A stretch of DNA of 64,000 nucleotides from Marsupella aquatica (Eukaryota > Plantae > Marchantiophyta). The position numbers and the translations under genes were made by a program. Positions 37,115-48,001 of the stretch are shown in pieces; within the stretch, counting starts at the first letter, position 1; every line of letters begins with the position of its first letter. The stretch is from the NCBI GenBank assembly GCA_973895155.1, contig OZ316896.1, positions 7,697,278-7,761,277 on the forward strand, written 5' to 3'. A model generated the notes under the pieces. That model saw nothing but the letters and a program-made list of their open reading frames with translations. It searched no databases and was not told the origin of the DNA.

Positions 37115-40100
37115 TAGCTCCCCACTTAATTGTGAAGCGTCCTCGCGAACAACTTCATCTTCGTCCATATAGTATTTCTTGAGGCGGTCATAATGGATGC
37201 GAACTGGATATACCTCTCCCGTAATGTTGGCCAATTGTACGGAGCCATTGGGGAACATCATGGTTACTCTAAAGGGTCCTAACCAGCGAGTGTAAAGCTT
37301 TCCTCGAAACCTACTATACCTACTGTCATAAAGTAGCACAAGATCACCGGTATGAATACTAACTACTTTTAACCTTTTATCATACTGTTGCTTCATGATA
37401 TTCTGTCTATATTCTACTCTCTCGGCTGAAATCATTCTCGCCTCCTCTAAAGCTTCTAACCTATATTCTCGCTCCTTTAGGCTCTCCTCCGCTGAGGCTC
37501 TTTCCTCAATTGTAACTTGAAATGTCGGTATCTCAAGTTGCATGGGTACCAGGGCTTCTTGTCCAAAGGTTAAGAAGAAGGGTGTATGACCGGTAGTGGA
37601 TTTATAGGCAAGATTGTAAGCAAAAACAGCAGCAAACAATTTATCATCCCAATCGAGTTTGTTCTGAGCTACTGTCTTGTTCAATATCTTTCCTATAATT
37701 CCGTTTGCTCGTTCTGTCAACCCATTTGCCTTTGGATGGTAGGGAGTAGTAGGCCTATGTTTAACTAAATACTGCTCATTTAAATGACTAATTATATCAT
37801 TCAAAAAATGGGTTCCTCTATCACTAACTAATTCTAGGGGTGCTCCATACCTGGTGAAGATCTGCTCATACATGAATCTAGCCGTAGTAATTGCATCATC
37901 CTTCGTTGTTGGTCTGGCCTCTACCCATTTAGTTGCATAATCCGTAGCCAGGATTATGTACTTGTTCCGTCGAGGGTGGGTCAGTGGTTTCAGAGGTCCA
38001 ATGTAATCAATACCCCACTTCTCGAATGGTGCCAGAGGTAGAATAGGGTGCAGTGGATGTCTGGTGGACGCCCTTGGTCCTCCCGCTCGTTGACAAGGAT
38101 CGCATTGTTTGATAAACTGATAGACATCCTTGTGCAAGGTGGGCCACCAGTAACCGGCATTTAATATCTTCTTAGACGTGGTTACTGGGGCAAAATGTCC
38201 TCCGGCCTCCTCTCCATGCATGGCCCGTAGGACTCGTTTTACCTCTCCCTTTTCCAAACACCTTTGAATCGTGCCGTTGATTCCATGCTTGTGCAGTATG
38301 CCTTTAATGCACTGATACTGTCTGACCTTCCGCACAAAGACTGCGGCTTGCTCTCGGTTTAATCCTGGCTGTAATCTGGAAGTGCTGAGAAATTGTAAAA
38401 TCTCAGGGTACCATGTATCAGCTATTTCCACAACGAATAGCTCCTCGTCGGGGAATCGATCATCGATGCAATCCGTGGCAGGTTTACCTGTGATCCTTGA
38501 AAAGAAGTCGGCATTGGCGTGTAACTTTCCCGGCTTGATCCTCAGCTCATAGTCAAACTCCTGTAATAGCAAAATCCATCTTGCTACTCTGCCTGTAAGG
38601 TCCGGCTTATTGACTAGGTACTTCAAACTTTCATGATCGGTATGAAAGATTACCTTGTACCCTAGTAAATAATGCCTAAACTTTTTACAAGAATAAATGA
38701 CTCCTAATGCTTCTCTCTCTGTGGTGGAGTAGTTCCGTTCGGCATCGGCAAGCTGACGGCTTGCAAAGTATATGGGATGGTCCATTCCTTTCTCATCCAA
38801 CTGACTTAGTGCTGAGCCGATACAGAAGCCCGAGACATCTACAAAAACATGAAAATCTTTGTTCCAGTTCGGTGCTATCATGACTGGGGCCTCTACTAAC
38901 ATCTGCTTCAATTCTACCACCGCTGTGACTCGTTCGGGTGTGGGTTCGAAGTCTGCTCCTACCTTGAGCATGTTGGTTAATGGTAAAGCTAGCTTGGCAA
39001 AATCCTTGATGAACCGGCGATAGTAACCAATGCATCCCAAGAAGGATCTTACATCCTTTATGTTCTTAGGTTGCATGATATCTAGCCATACTGCTAGCTT
39101 ACCTTTGTCAATCTCAATGCCCTTCCTTGATACCTTGTGACCTAGTAGCACCCCCTCGGTTACTGCAAAGAAACATTTATCTGGGTGTAACTTGAGACCC
39201 ACCTCTCTACATCTCATGAAGGTTTTCCTGAGGTATTTAGCATGTTTCGATGCCTTCCCGAATACTGCAAAGTCATCAATGAAGATTTCCATGAACTTTC
39301 TCAAGTAATCATGAAAAATGTTCACCATTAATCGTTGAAACATAGCTGGTGCGTTGCAGAGTCCAAACGGCATACGATTGAAGACATAGATCCCCCATTC
39401 CGTGATGAAGGCCGTCTTGATATGGTCTTCCTGCCGAATCCTGATTTGGTTATAACCAGAGTATCCATCCATGAATGAATATAGTTCATGACTGGCTACC
39501 ATGTCTAGTACCATATCAGTAAACGGTAAAGGAAAATGGTCTTTTAATGTTGCTTCATTCAGCTTCCTGTAATCCTGACAAACCCGGATCTTGGGTTTAC
39601 CATCGGGTCCAGCTTTCTTGGGAACTATCACAATTGGAGACACCCAGTCTGAATGCAGGACTGGAGTGATGAATCCAGCTTCCACTAGTTTGTCGATTTC
39701 TGTTTTGACCAGCAGGGAATACTTCGGGTTCATCCTTCGAATTGGTTGTCGAAATGATTTGGCTCCTAACATGAGATCAATTCGATGTTCCCCTAGTGTT
39801 GGATCTACTCCCTTTAGATCTTGGTGACTCCATGCAAACACATCCTGAAATTCAATCAATAAGTCACTGATCTCTTTCTCGAGCTCAGGTGCTAGGTTTC
39901 TCCCTAAGTTCAGTTCTCTTCCCTCTCCTAAGTCGAGCTTCCGATATTGCCGTGCTTGGATCATATTAATCTGCTTCTTCAAATTCGGGTCCAGTTTGGC
40001 TTCCAGTCTCTCCAATCTCATACCTCCATAAATTGGAATCTCGGCTGGACTAGCCGAGTCGGTCCCTTCCTTGGTGTCCATAGATTGTCCCCTTGCCGGT

Positions 40101-40369
40101 CTATTCGGTTTTGAATTGGTGGTCGGCTCCCCTTCCTGCCTTGGCTCTGGATTGTGTCTGTCCATCTCATCCACGTCTTGCTCCTGAGAGTCAGGCCGCT
40201 GTGCTCTCTCGGCTTCTAATAGGGCCTCAATTTGTTCTGCCCTCGTAATCGGCTTGTATGCCGATCCCTTGGTATTTAATTCCTTGCCGATGATCGATGG
40301 CGTTGTGAACCCTACCGGCTCTGCCACAACGCCTGCAGAAAATCCACTGTCCCTGCTACTGCTCCCCAC
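37103..40369 (-). CDS. pol: Gypsy Pol (RT-RNase H-integrase); stop codon lies just inside the 3' LTR
   Basis: WVSPIVIVPKK, DYRKLN, MDGYSGYNQI, FIDDF, FVDVSG, HTDHESL, H..H/CDPCQR, WGIDYIGP, SDRGTHF, NGLTER, WLGPF. Confidence 0.95.
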   Translation of the reverse strand: MGSSSRDSGFSAGVVAEPVGFTTPSIIGKELNTKGSAYKPITRAEQIEALLEAERAQRPDSQEQDVDEMDRHNPEPRQEGEPTTNSKPNRPARGQSMDTKEGTDSASPAEIPIYGGMRLERLEAKLDPNLKKQINMIQARQYRKLDLGEGRELNLGRNLAPELEKEISDLLIEFQDVFAWSHQDLKGVDPTLGEHRIDLMLGAKSFRQPIRRMNPKYSLLVKTEIDKLVEAGFITPVLHSDWVSPIVIVPKKAGPDGKPKIRVCQDYRKLNEATLKDHFPLPFTDMVLDMVASHELYSFMDGYSGYNQIRIRQEDHIKTAFITEWGIYVFNRMPFGLCNAPAMFQRLMVNIFHDYLRKFMEIFIDDFAVFGKASKHAKYLRKTFMRCREVGLKLHPDKCFFAVTEGVLLGHKVSRKGIEIDKGKLAVWLDIMQPKNIKDVRSFLGCIGYYRRFIKDFAKLALPLTNMLKVGADFEPTPERVTAVVELKQMLVEAPVMIAPNWNKDFHVFVDVSGFCIGSALSQLDEKGMDHPIYFASRQLADAERNYSTTEREALGVIYSCKKFRHYLLGYKVIFHTDHESLKYLVNKPDLTGRVARWILLLQEFDYELRIKPGKLHANADFFSRITGKPATDCIDDRFPDEELFVVEIADTWYPEILQFLSTSRLQPGLNREQAAVFVRKVRQYQCIKGILHKHGINGTIQRCLEKGEVKRVLRAMHGEEAGGHFAPVTTSKKILNAGYWWPTLHKDVYQFIKQCDPCQRAGGPRASTRHPLHPILPLAPFEKWGIDYIGPLKPLTHPRRNKYIILATDYATKWVEARPTTKDDAITTARFMYEQIFTRYGAPLELVSDRGTHFLNDIISHLNEQYLVKHRPTTPYHPKANGLTERANGIIGKILNKTVAQNKLDWDDKLFAAVFAYNLAYKSTTGHTPFFLTFGQEALVPMQLEIPTFQVTIEERASAEESLKEREYRLEALEEARMISAERVEYRQNIMKQQYDKRLKVVSIHTGDLVLLYDSRYSRFRGKLYTRWLGPFRVTMMFPNGSVQLANITGEVYPVRIHYDRLKKYYMDEDEVVREDASQLSGELCDA
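37115..37128 (-). promoter_or_regulatory. Polypurine tract
   Basis: TAAGTGGGGAGCTA directly before the TG of the 3' LTR. Confidence 0.85.
40286..40345 (-). promoter_or_regulatory. Putative -1 programmed ribosomal frameshift signal
   Basis: G GAT TTT in gag frame, 5-nt spacer, stem GGCGTTGTG/CACAACGCC, loop GCCGGT complementary to downstream ATCGGC; pol is in the -1 frame. Confidence 0.75.
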
Positions 40370-43269
40370 TTAGCCGTTTCATCCAATTGGTCTACATCCT
40401 TTACTTCCTCCGGAATTGCAGCTAAAAAGGTGGATTCTATTGTAAAGCAGTCCTCGACCTCTTCGTCTTCTTCTTCCAAGTCACCTTCCATTGGTTCTTG
40501 CCATAATCCGCTGGGGGGTACCTCTGGTCCAAAGACACTTTCTTCGGTTAGGTCAGTGAGGCATTCTAACCAACGTACTTCATCGGCTGACTCCAGTCCA
40601 CTATCGTACCCATCTACTTCCCTTATGCTTTTCCTACGGTCATCCTTAGTGTCCCAGGATACCGTGATAGAGGGGGTCCCGAAAGTGAACTGCTTTTTAC
40701 CCCAATCTTCTATTACCTCGGCTAGGTACAGCCATGGCCTACCAATCAATAGCCGGAATGACGTAGGATTTACCGGCTTCATTACTACATAGTTAATGCT
40801 AAAGAAGATACCTCCTATCTCTGTCTTGATGCCGGTTAACACTCCCGTGGGAATGACCTGATATCCATTGGCCATGTTCAACACTCTTCCAGTCATCTCC
40901 GGTGTTAGACCCCACCCTTTTGCTGTTGAATCAATCATAATACATACCCCTAATCCTCCATCGATGGGTACCCGTAGTAATAATTCTCCTTGAATCATTA
41001 ATGGTAATGCTGGGGCTCCTTGATCTTCTTCTATCATTAGTACGTCGGATCTGGTTGCTACTTTGGGTAATCTCGGCTTGCCGAGAATAGCCTTCCTTAA
41101 TTGCTTCCGGAAGTACGGGCTATTTTTCAATAGTTGACCTACTGTTGCCGAGACTCTAGATTCTAGTACATCTTTAGCCAGGTCATAGGGAACAATCGGC
41201 TTCTCCTCTGGTGGTGTCTCCGTCTTGGATTCGGCCAGTTTTGCCACGCTAGTCTCCACAGCTGTTGGGTCTTCCGAAGCAAACAATGCTTTTGCTCGTT
41301 TTACATCCTTGGCAATGGCTTCGGTATTCTCCAGGTTTTCTAATTCTCTTAGTTGTTCCTTAACACTAGCCGTAACAGAGGGGTAGAACAACTTAGGATG
41401 ATCTCGATTGAAGTCGCTATCTTGTGAAGGATTGGGTTCACTGGTGGGCTCATGGCTTACCTGTATTGCCGGAGCCCTCCCTTCTCCTTCCGTTGATGTT
41501 GACGAAGAGTCGATCTTTTCCTCCGTAACCTTCCCTTTATTTTTGGCCAGCCCATCCCACCTTTCCTTCCTTCTGGTAGATCGAGTAGAGACCCGGTAGC
41601 AATCATGATCTAAATCCTCCTCTGAGAAGGTTGATAGGGCTTCGGCCTCATCATCAGATGGTACGAACTCTGCCTCGGCATCCTCTTGCCATCCTAGTTC
41701 GATGTGGTTGATTTGAACTCCTCCGGGGGTAGTACCTGGCGGTAAGATCTTGACCGGCAAAAGTTTATGATTTGCGGCCAGGCTTGCCAACCAAGTAGGA
41801 CATTGCCCTAGCATATGACCTTCCTGTCGGCATCCCATACATAGCTGAGCTGGTTGTCCATCACCCTGTTTGCGTGCATTCGGGCATTCTCTAGCAAAAT
41901 GGCCAGGTTGACCACAATTATAGCACGCTGCAAATCTTTGCACATTCGGCCTAGGAGGTACTGACGGGTTCTGAATAATCCGAGGATACATCTCTCTTGG
42001 ATTGTTCCTTAACCCTGACCATAGAGATGCAGGTCTGTTGGATAGGTCTCGTGCTCCAGTCTCACTGATGCCAAAAACACTATCAGCGGCATCTCCTAAA
42101 AAGTACTCTACTTCTCCCTGACATGGTCTGATCTCGGCCACATGCCGAACATGATTAGTATTAAGCTTAGGACACGCATCTTTATGGTGTCCGGTTTTAT
42201 AACATAAGGCACACCATACAGAGCTATCCTCCTGTACTACCTTCTTCTTTGGTTTTACCTCTGCAATGATAGCCTTAAGTTGCTCGGTAAGGGCTACGAT
42301 GTTATCTGGTGGCTTAGCCTCCAACTTGACTTTCATCTTTCCTCTCCTTCTGCCCTTCCTTTTGGTAGTTTTTTCTTCTTCAGAACTAGAAGATGACTCA
42401 CTCTTGCTACTCCCACTATCCGAGCTTGACTTATCACTTCTAGACTTCTTAGAATGTTTCTTCTTCTTATCTTTTTTCTTATGGGGTGATCCCTCTTCTG
42501 ATGAGGAACTCTCAGACTTAAGCTGTTTCTTCCGGCTTGTGATATCTGCATTAATGTATAATTGAATATCCTTAATTGCTTCGGCTAAAGTCTCCGGGTT
42601 CTCCTTCCTAATTGCAAAACTCATCTTCTGTGGCAAAGCATTCACCAACCATTGAAGTTGCATACCTTCAGATGCATTGGTCTTTGTACGTCTTACCAGT
42701 TTCTGAAAGCGTTGCAAGAACTTCCTGAAGGATTTGTTCTCCTTGAACCGAAGTCGTCCCAACTTCAGCACTGCTAGTTCTGAAGTTCCAATGGGTCGAA
42801 ACTCCTTAACAAAGAGTGTTTTGAAGATATCCCAGATGGCTTGATCTTCCACATCTAATGCTCTGTACCAAGGCCTAGCCTCACCCTTGAACAGGCCGGG
42901 AAGAATCTACATCTTGATGGCCGATTCTCCATTTGCTGCAGCGGTTCCCTCGAAATCATCCAACCATTCGTCCGGATCCTCATCTCCTCTCCCATGAAAT
43001 GCCTTGTAATGTATGCGCGACCGCTGGCTCAATCTGGTCCCTGGCCTCTCGTCTGGCCGTGCCTCTGGTTCCCCCATGTCGGTTGGAGACTCACTTCTCC
43101 TTACCGACTCTTCTTCTGGTATGTCTTCTTCGACGCCACTTCCAGTTTCGGAGCTACCAGCTCTTTCTGCCCCTCTCAGTCGCTGTGTATCATGCCACCC
43201 GGCGAGCTGCTGTAGTCGAGCTCTCTCCCGTTGAATCACTCTTTCTTCCCTCGGCGTAAGGTCAGTCAT
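40312..43269 (-). pseudogene. gag: Gypsy Gag-protease with three CCHC knuckles; in-frame TAG at 42907
   Basis: FHGRGDEDPDEWL; CALCYKTGHHKDAC, CYNCGQPGHFAREC, CMGCRQEGHMLGQC; protease PIDGG and LLIGRPWL. Confidence 0.9.
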
Positions 43270-43315
43270 TACCTACGCTTCTGTTCTAACTTCATATCTC
43301 ACGGCTTAAGAAATG

Positions 43316-43334
43316 CCCCCTCCATCTAGCGCCA
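43316..43334 (-). promoter_or_regulatory. Primer binding site, tRNA-Asn type
   Basis: TGGCGCTAGATGGAGGGG, one mismatch from the complement of the plant tRNA-Asn 3' end (CCCCTCCTTCTAGCGCCA, recalled). Confidence 0.75.
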
Positions 43335-43338
43335 AAAA

Positions 43339-46300
43339 TGTGGTGCGTCCCATGGCTCCCTAAACCCAAGAAACCCCCCAACTCAAGCCGATTCCCGCAG
43401 GTTTCGCGCTTGGCAAGGCCGTTTCCGTGGCTTAGCGGCATGGGACACTGCTAACCTTCTACTACTACTGTTAACATTTTACACACATATACTGGACAGA
43501 TCCTTCATCGGGTCATGAGATACGTAGCCGGCCTAATCTAGGCCTTTCCCTGTCTTCCCCTCCGTCTTGTTAGGTATGTTTGGATTCCACCGCCGGAATG
43601 ATCCCCAATAGGCTTGGTTAAGCCGCTAAGACCTCTCTCAGCTCGACACATCCAACTCTCACTCCCCTGCTTACTTTCCTTCCTTTTGGTTGATGTGGGC
43701 ACTCTTCACACAAGTTAATGCGACACACAAATAGCAAAATGACTCATTCTGACTGAGTCATACCATGGACTTGCCATACAAACAGTACATCTCATACACA
43801 AGCTCTGCGAACTAAGCCGTGAGGCCAACTCTATTCAGCTCTTAGGCATGAGGAAACATGAATATACACAAGGGTCACTGTATGACTAACCGAGAGCTTC
43901 TCGTACTACTTGATCCCAGCCCGGCTGGTGCAAACTAAAAACTTGCTAAAGAAGAGGCCCTGAGCTCCCCGCTGCCCAGGTACTTATCCTGGTAGTGGAT
44001 CCGCCATTCTTTGCATCGTAAGCCTAATCTACCTAACAGTAATCTACTTGCCCGAATCTACCTATGTACAGCAAGGCAGGAGCACAAGTGTTGCTCCTAC
44101 CAGTGGAACCGCAATCCCACTAAGCTAAGTGTCAGGGCCGCTCCTGGTCCTGATCCTAATCCTAAACTTGGAGATCAGCGCCCGCCCTGCCCACTCACGC
44201 CTCCTCCCTCCACGTCCGCCCTCCCTAAAAGGAACGACGCCCTTGCACCGTCACGACACCGGTGGAGGATCCTTAATGGACGCCCCCAACGCTTCCTCCT
44301 CAGCCACTGCCGTAGGTTCATTCTCTGACAGATTACCTGCCCTTGACTGAGTCAACTCTCCATCGGCTTGGCAGGGTCCACCATTGGCATCGGCATCGGC
44401 TCAGGAATCGGTTACGGCCTCAGCCTCGGCTACGGTCTCCCCGGCCTGCTCAAGAGGCGGATCTGGAATACCGGCCTCATTACTGAGTAGTTCGGCTTGG
44501 GCCGCACCACCCCCACCTGTGATGATAGCGGGATCTATTGCCGTATTCATGCCGGAGGATGGTGCTGGTTCTACCTCCTTGGTCACCACGGCTTGTGGAG
44601 TCGGATTACTCCTTGACCCTGAAGGTTTCCGCTTTTTCTTCTTTTCTGGTTCGGCAGTTGGTCCCTTCCCCTTCCCACTTACTTCCGGCACTGGTGCAGG
44701 TGGCGCGGCTTTTTCTTCGGCCAGTACCACTCCTGGTAACTTGGTTGCCCCAATTGGAGTTGGGCCTGATGAAGACAAGCACTTAAATACTGCGGCTTGT
44801 TTCTTCAGCCGCTCCGTTTGGTTGTCGGCCCGCCGCTGGAGGTTCTCCATCTTCCTTGTGATTTCCTCCAACTCCTCCTGGGTCTCATCCAGGTCCTTGC
44901 GTGCCTCCTCTAGTTCCTTCTGGGCTTCCTCCCGTTCTTGTTTCAAGGTAGTCCTCTCCTCCCGGGTTGCTCTTAGCTCCTTGTCGAGCTCTGCAATGAT
45001 GACAGACTCCATCTGGTTCATCTTGGCGTAAGTCTGATTGAGCATCTCATCCTTCTCCCTTAGGTCGGCCTTGAAGCTGGCCGTCAGGGACGCAAGCTCC
45101 TGCTGCAGCGCCATAATCCCTTGATAGGATTTCCCTAACTTGGCCTCCTTCTGCTCAAGGGCTCCACGGATTTTCTCGAGCTCCCCCTTCAACGCCCATT
45201 CCTTTCTTTGGGTCTCCGCCATGGCCCGGCTGTTGGCTGTTATGTGGGCCTCCTCTGTATTCTTCAGCTCTTGCTTCCACTTCTCCCTCTCTTTGATCGT
45301 GTCGGCCAACTCTCCCTGCGTCTGAGTCAGTTTATCCTTGATATTCTGATTATCAGCCTGCGCGGTGTCCAACTGCCCCTGCATGATGTTCAGCTCATGC
45401 CGTTTAATCCGTAGTTCATCTTGGGCTTTCTTGGCCGCCCTTAGATCTTCAATCTCGGCTTCCATCCTCCTAAGCCGCCGAATGACCTCGTCCTTCTTGC
45501 TTCTCTCTAAAGCCACCGCTTCTTCTAATTGGTGCTTCTCCAACTGCTCCCTATGGAAAAAGGGTCCTACCTCCAACTCCTCTCCAAAGATGCCGAGCGC
45601 AAGTTCCCCACACATCTCACCATACTCCATGGCTCTATTCTTAGCGTAGGTGGAGTAAGTAGAAGTGATCGGCATCGCCCATCGCGGCCTCTGCTCCCAA
45701 GCCGTCTTGCGGATCTCTTCAATCGTGGCTAGAGGTTTGCTTCCTTTTTTGGCTAGCCGCCCGATGTCCTCCGGCCAATCTCCTCCTGGTAAATCCTTTT
45801 CCCTAGCCAGGGCTGCCTCCTCTTCCTGCCTGATTCGCTCTTGAAATTCCTGCACCGTCTGTTTTATGCCGTCAAAGCTCGGGGGAGCAACATCTGGTGG
45901 GGGAGACTCAGGGCTACTCTGCTGGTTGGGGTCCCCTCACACTACCCTTGGAAGTGTGGGGACAAACCGGCCACAGGTCCTTACTCCTGGAACGTGATGG
46001 TCCGACCCATAGCCGGAATTATCATGGCTGTAGTCCTCCACTGCCTCCTCTACTTCTTGGACGTCCGGCTTCTCCCTCTCCTCTTCGTTGGTAGGAGCTT
46101 CAGGCAATTATGCCTCAGATTCGGAGCTTGAGATTCCCACATACATTCGAACACCTGGCTTGGATTCCGGCCTGATTCTCTCCTTGTCTCCAGCAAAGGG
46201 GTTTTCTCTTGTGAGCCGGTGTAGGCCTACCTCTGTAGTAGTGTCCTGCATTGTTGCCATTGCCGTTGTTGTTGCCGATGCCGATTTCTTTTCTTTCTCC

Positions 46301-48001
46301 AGTAGTTTCAGCAGACTCTACATGCCTGGTTGCTGCATTGGCAAGTCCTCCTTCCTGGGCCTAAACACCTGCTCGATCGTAGGGCTAACAGGTGGTTGAG
46401 GCTTCTCAGCCAACGGCCTCGGCGTTGGAGCTTCCTCGGGTGCCCTTACCTGCAGGGGAAGTACTGGGGCAAAAGTCTGACCTCTGGCATACCGGCACAA
46501 CAGCGGCATGTGATAGCCAAGCCGCGACACGCTCCCCATGCCGATTACCTGCTGCTCCTCCTTTAAGATCTTCTTCAATTGGTTGAGGAGGTACCCGTTG
46601 TAGTCCCGGCTTGGGTCTGGCCTTTCTGCCAGATAGACCTGTGCCTTGCCGATCTCTGCCCTCGGCAAGTTACAATGCATGGTCACCCGCAAGAAGTCGA
46701 TCATCTCTCCTATGTGCAGGTTGGTGCAGGTGTTCTGGAAGAAGCCATTCTTCGTTGATGGCCCGGGGAATGACCGGAACTCCTTGTCAGGCAAGGTCTT
46801 CCTGGCATCAACTTTGGTCTTATTGCCTATCGGCAAGCCAAACACTTCGGCAATTACCTTGGGAGTAAGATAGAAATCCTTCCCATATATCCTCGTGCAA
46901 TTGGTCTCGGGTTCCCATGACCCCACGAATTCTAATAGGTGTGACTCCGGTACCTCCGGCTTCAGCCATGGTAATCTTACAAAGGCCTCTAAGCCGGATC
47001 CGGCCATGAAGCCTTGATACTTCTTGGTCTGCATTGCCATAAAGCATGCATCCTCCTCCCGTGCAAAATGTAGTTGCACTTCCACCGGTAGGGTTGCCGC
47101 CCAGCCCTTCCAGGTGTCATCCCTGGTTGGAATGGCCTTGATGGGATCGACCTCCTCCTCTTCGGCTTCTCCCTGCCTCTTGCTCTGCTGCTCGGCTGGC
47201 TTCTTTGGTGCCGCCGACCTCGTTCTTTTTGCCGGGGTGGCTTCATCGTTGACGGCTCCCTTCCTCTTCATCTCTGCTGCCGTGGAGGTTTCTCCTAGCA
47301 CCGTTGCCTGGGTCCACCTTTCCGTGCTACCCTTTAATTCCCAGTGTATGTCGTTGCAGTTCTTGATGGCCTCTCGGATGCCGACGACGCTATCTTTGCA
47401 AAACAGAAGATCATCGAGTTGATTGGAGGTAGGCGTCCACAGGAACTCGTCCTTGATGAGTTCGCCTCCTAAGAAAGCCATCTTCTGCAGCTCCCACAAT
47501 CGAGCGAGCTCCTACCGTTCTCGAGCTGCCCTTTCTGATTCCTCGTCCTCGTAAGTCTTGATGTACTCAGTTGCCCGTTCGAACAGGCATCCCCAGAAAT
47601 GTGCCGCTTGATTGACGTTGCTCATACCCTCCTTAGGTCGATCGTCGGTATCTACTCTCTCCCCGAGTGCTTGCCTAAGCAGCTGACAGTAGTTGGCCTC
47701 CCGTAGTCGTCTACCTAGTTCATGCTCGCAAATGAGCCACCATCTCCTGCAAGCGCTCCTTACCCCTCTCCTCTGCCGGTCCTTCTTCCCGTTGATCCTT
47801 CCTAGCCGCCGACGCTTAACGCGCCCTAACCCTAATCGAGTTTTCACCCTCAGCGTCCTTACCTCCGGCCTCGGCCCGGGTTCCATGGTTGCCCCTAATG
47901 GTTTATATTTTCCTTGTTTTGTCCCTATACTAAGGTGTTCCTAGGGTGCCTTCCTGCTTTACCCACTTAACTGGCCGAGTGATTCCTGTCTAGGCATCAC
48001 A
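43339..48001 (-). repeat. 5' LTR, 4663 bp
   Basis: TG...CA termini; PBS immediately internal. Confidence 0.95.
44251..47625 (-). pseudogene. LTR-encoded ORF, 1124 codons from MSNVNQ (1211 from the ATG at 47886), single frame with four nonsense codons
   Basis: Stops at 47512, 46318, 46108 and 44401 are all in one frame; PMD-like LLEFVGSWEPETNCTRIYGKDFYLTPKVIAEVFGLP, long heptad coiled coil, KKKKRK NLS-like tract. Confidence 0.88.

Larger units (their letters stand above)
33231..48001 (-). mobile_element. Full-length non-chromovirus Ty3/gypsy LTR retrotransposon with protein-coding LTRs (14771 bp)
   Basis: TSD CGTAC (33226-33230, 48002-48006); LTRs 33231-37114 and 43339-48001; PBS and PPT in place; gag-PR then RT-RH-INT; no chromodomain or extra RNase H seen. 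Confidence 0.97.

Noticed and set aside
44251-47625. LTR ORF as an envelope gene
   Set aside because: No signal peptide or transmembrane stretch; highly charged with an NLS-like tract.
20284-48001. Segmental duplication or misassembly explaining the four 4.7-kb copies
   Set aside because: Copies have TG..CA ends, two independent TSDs, PBS/PPT and distinct divergence levels.
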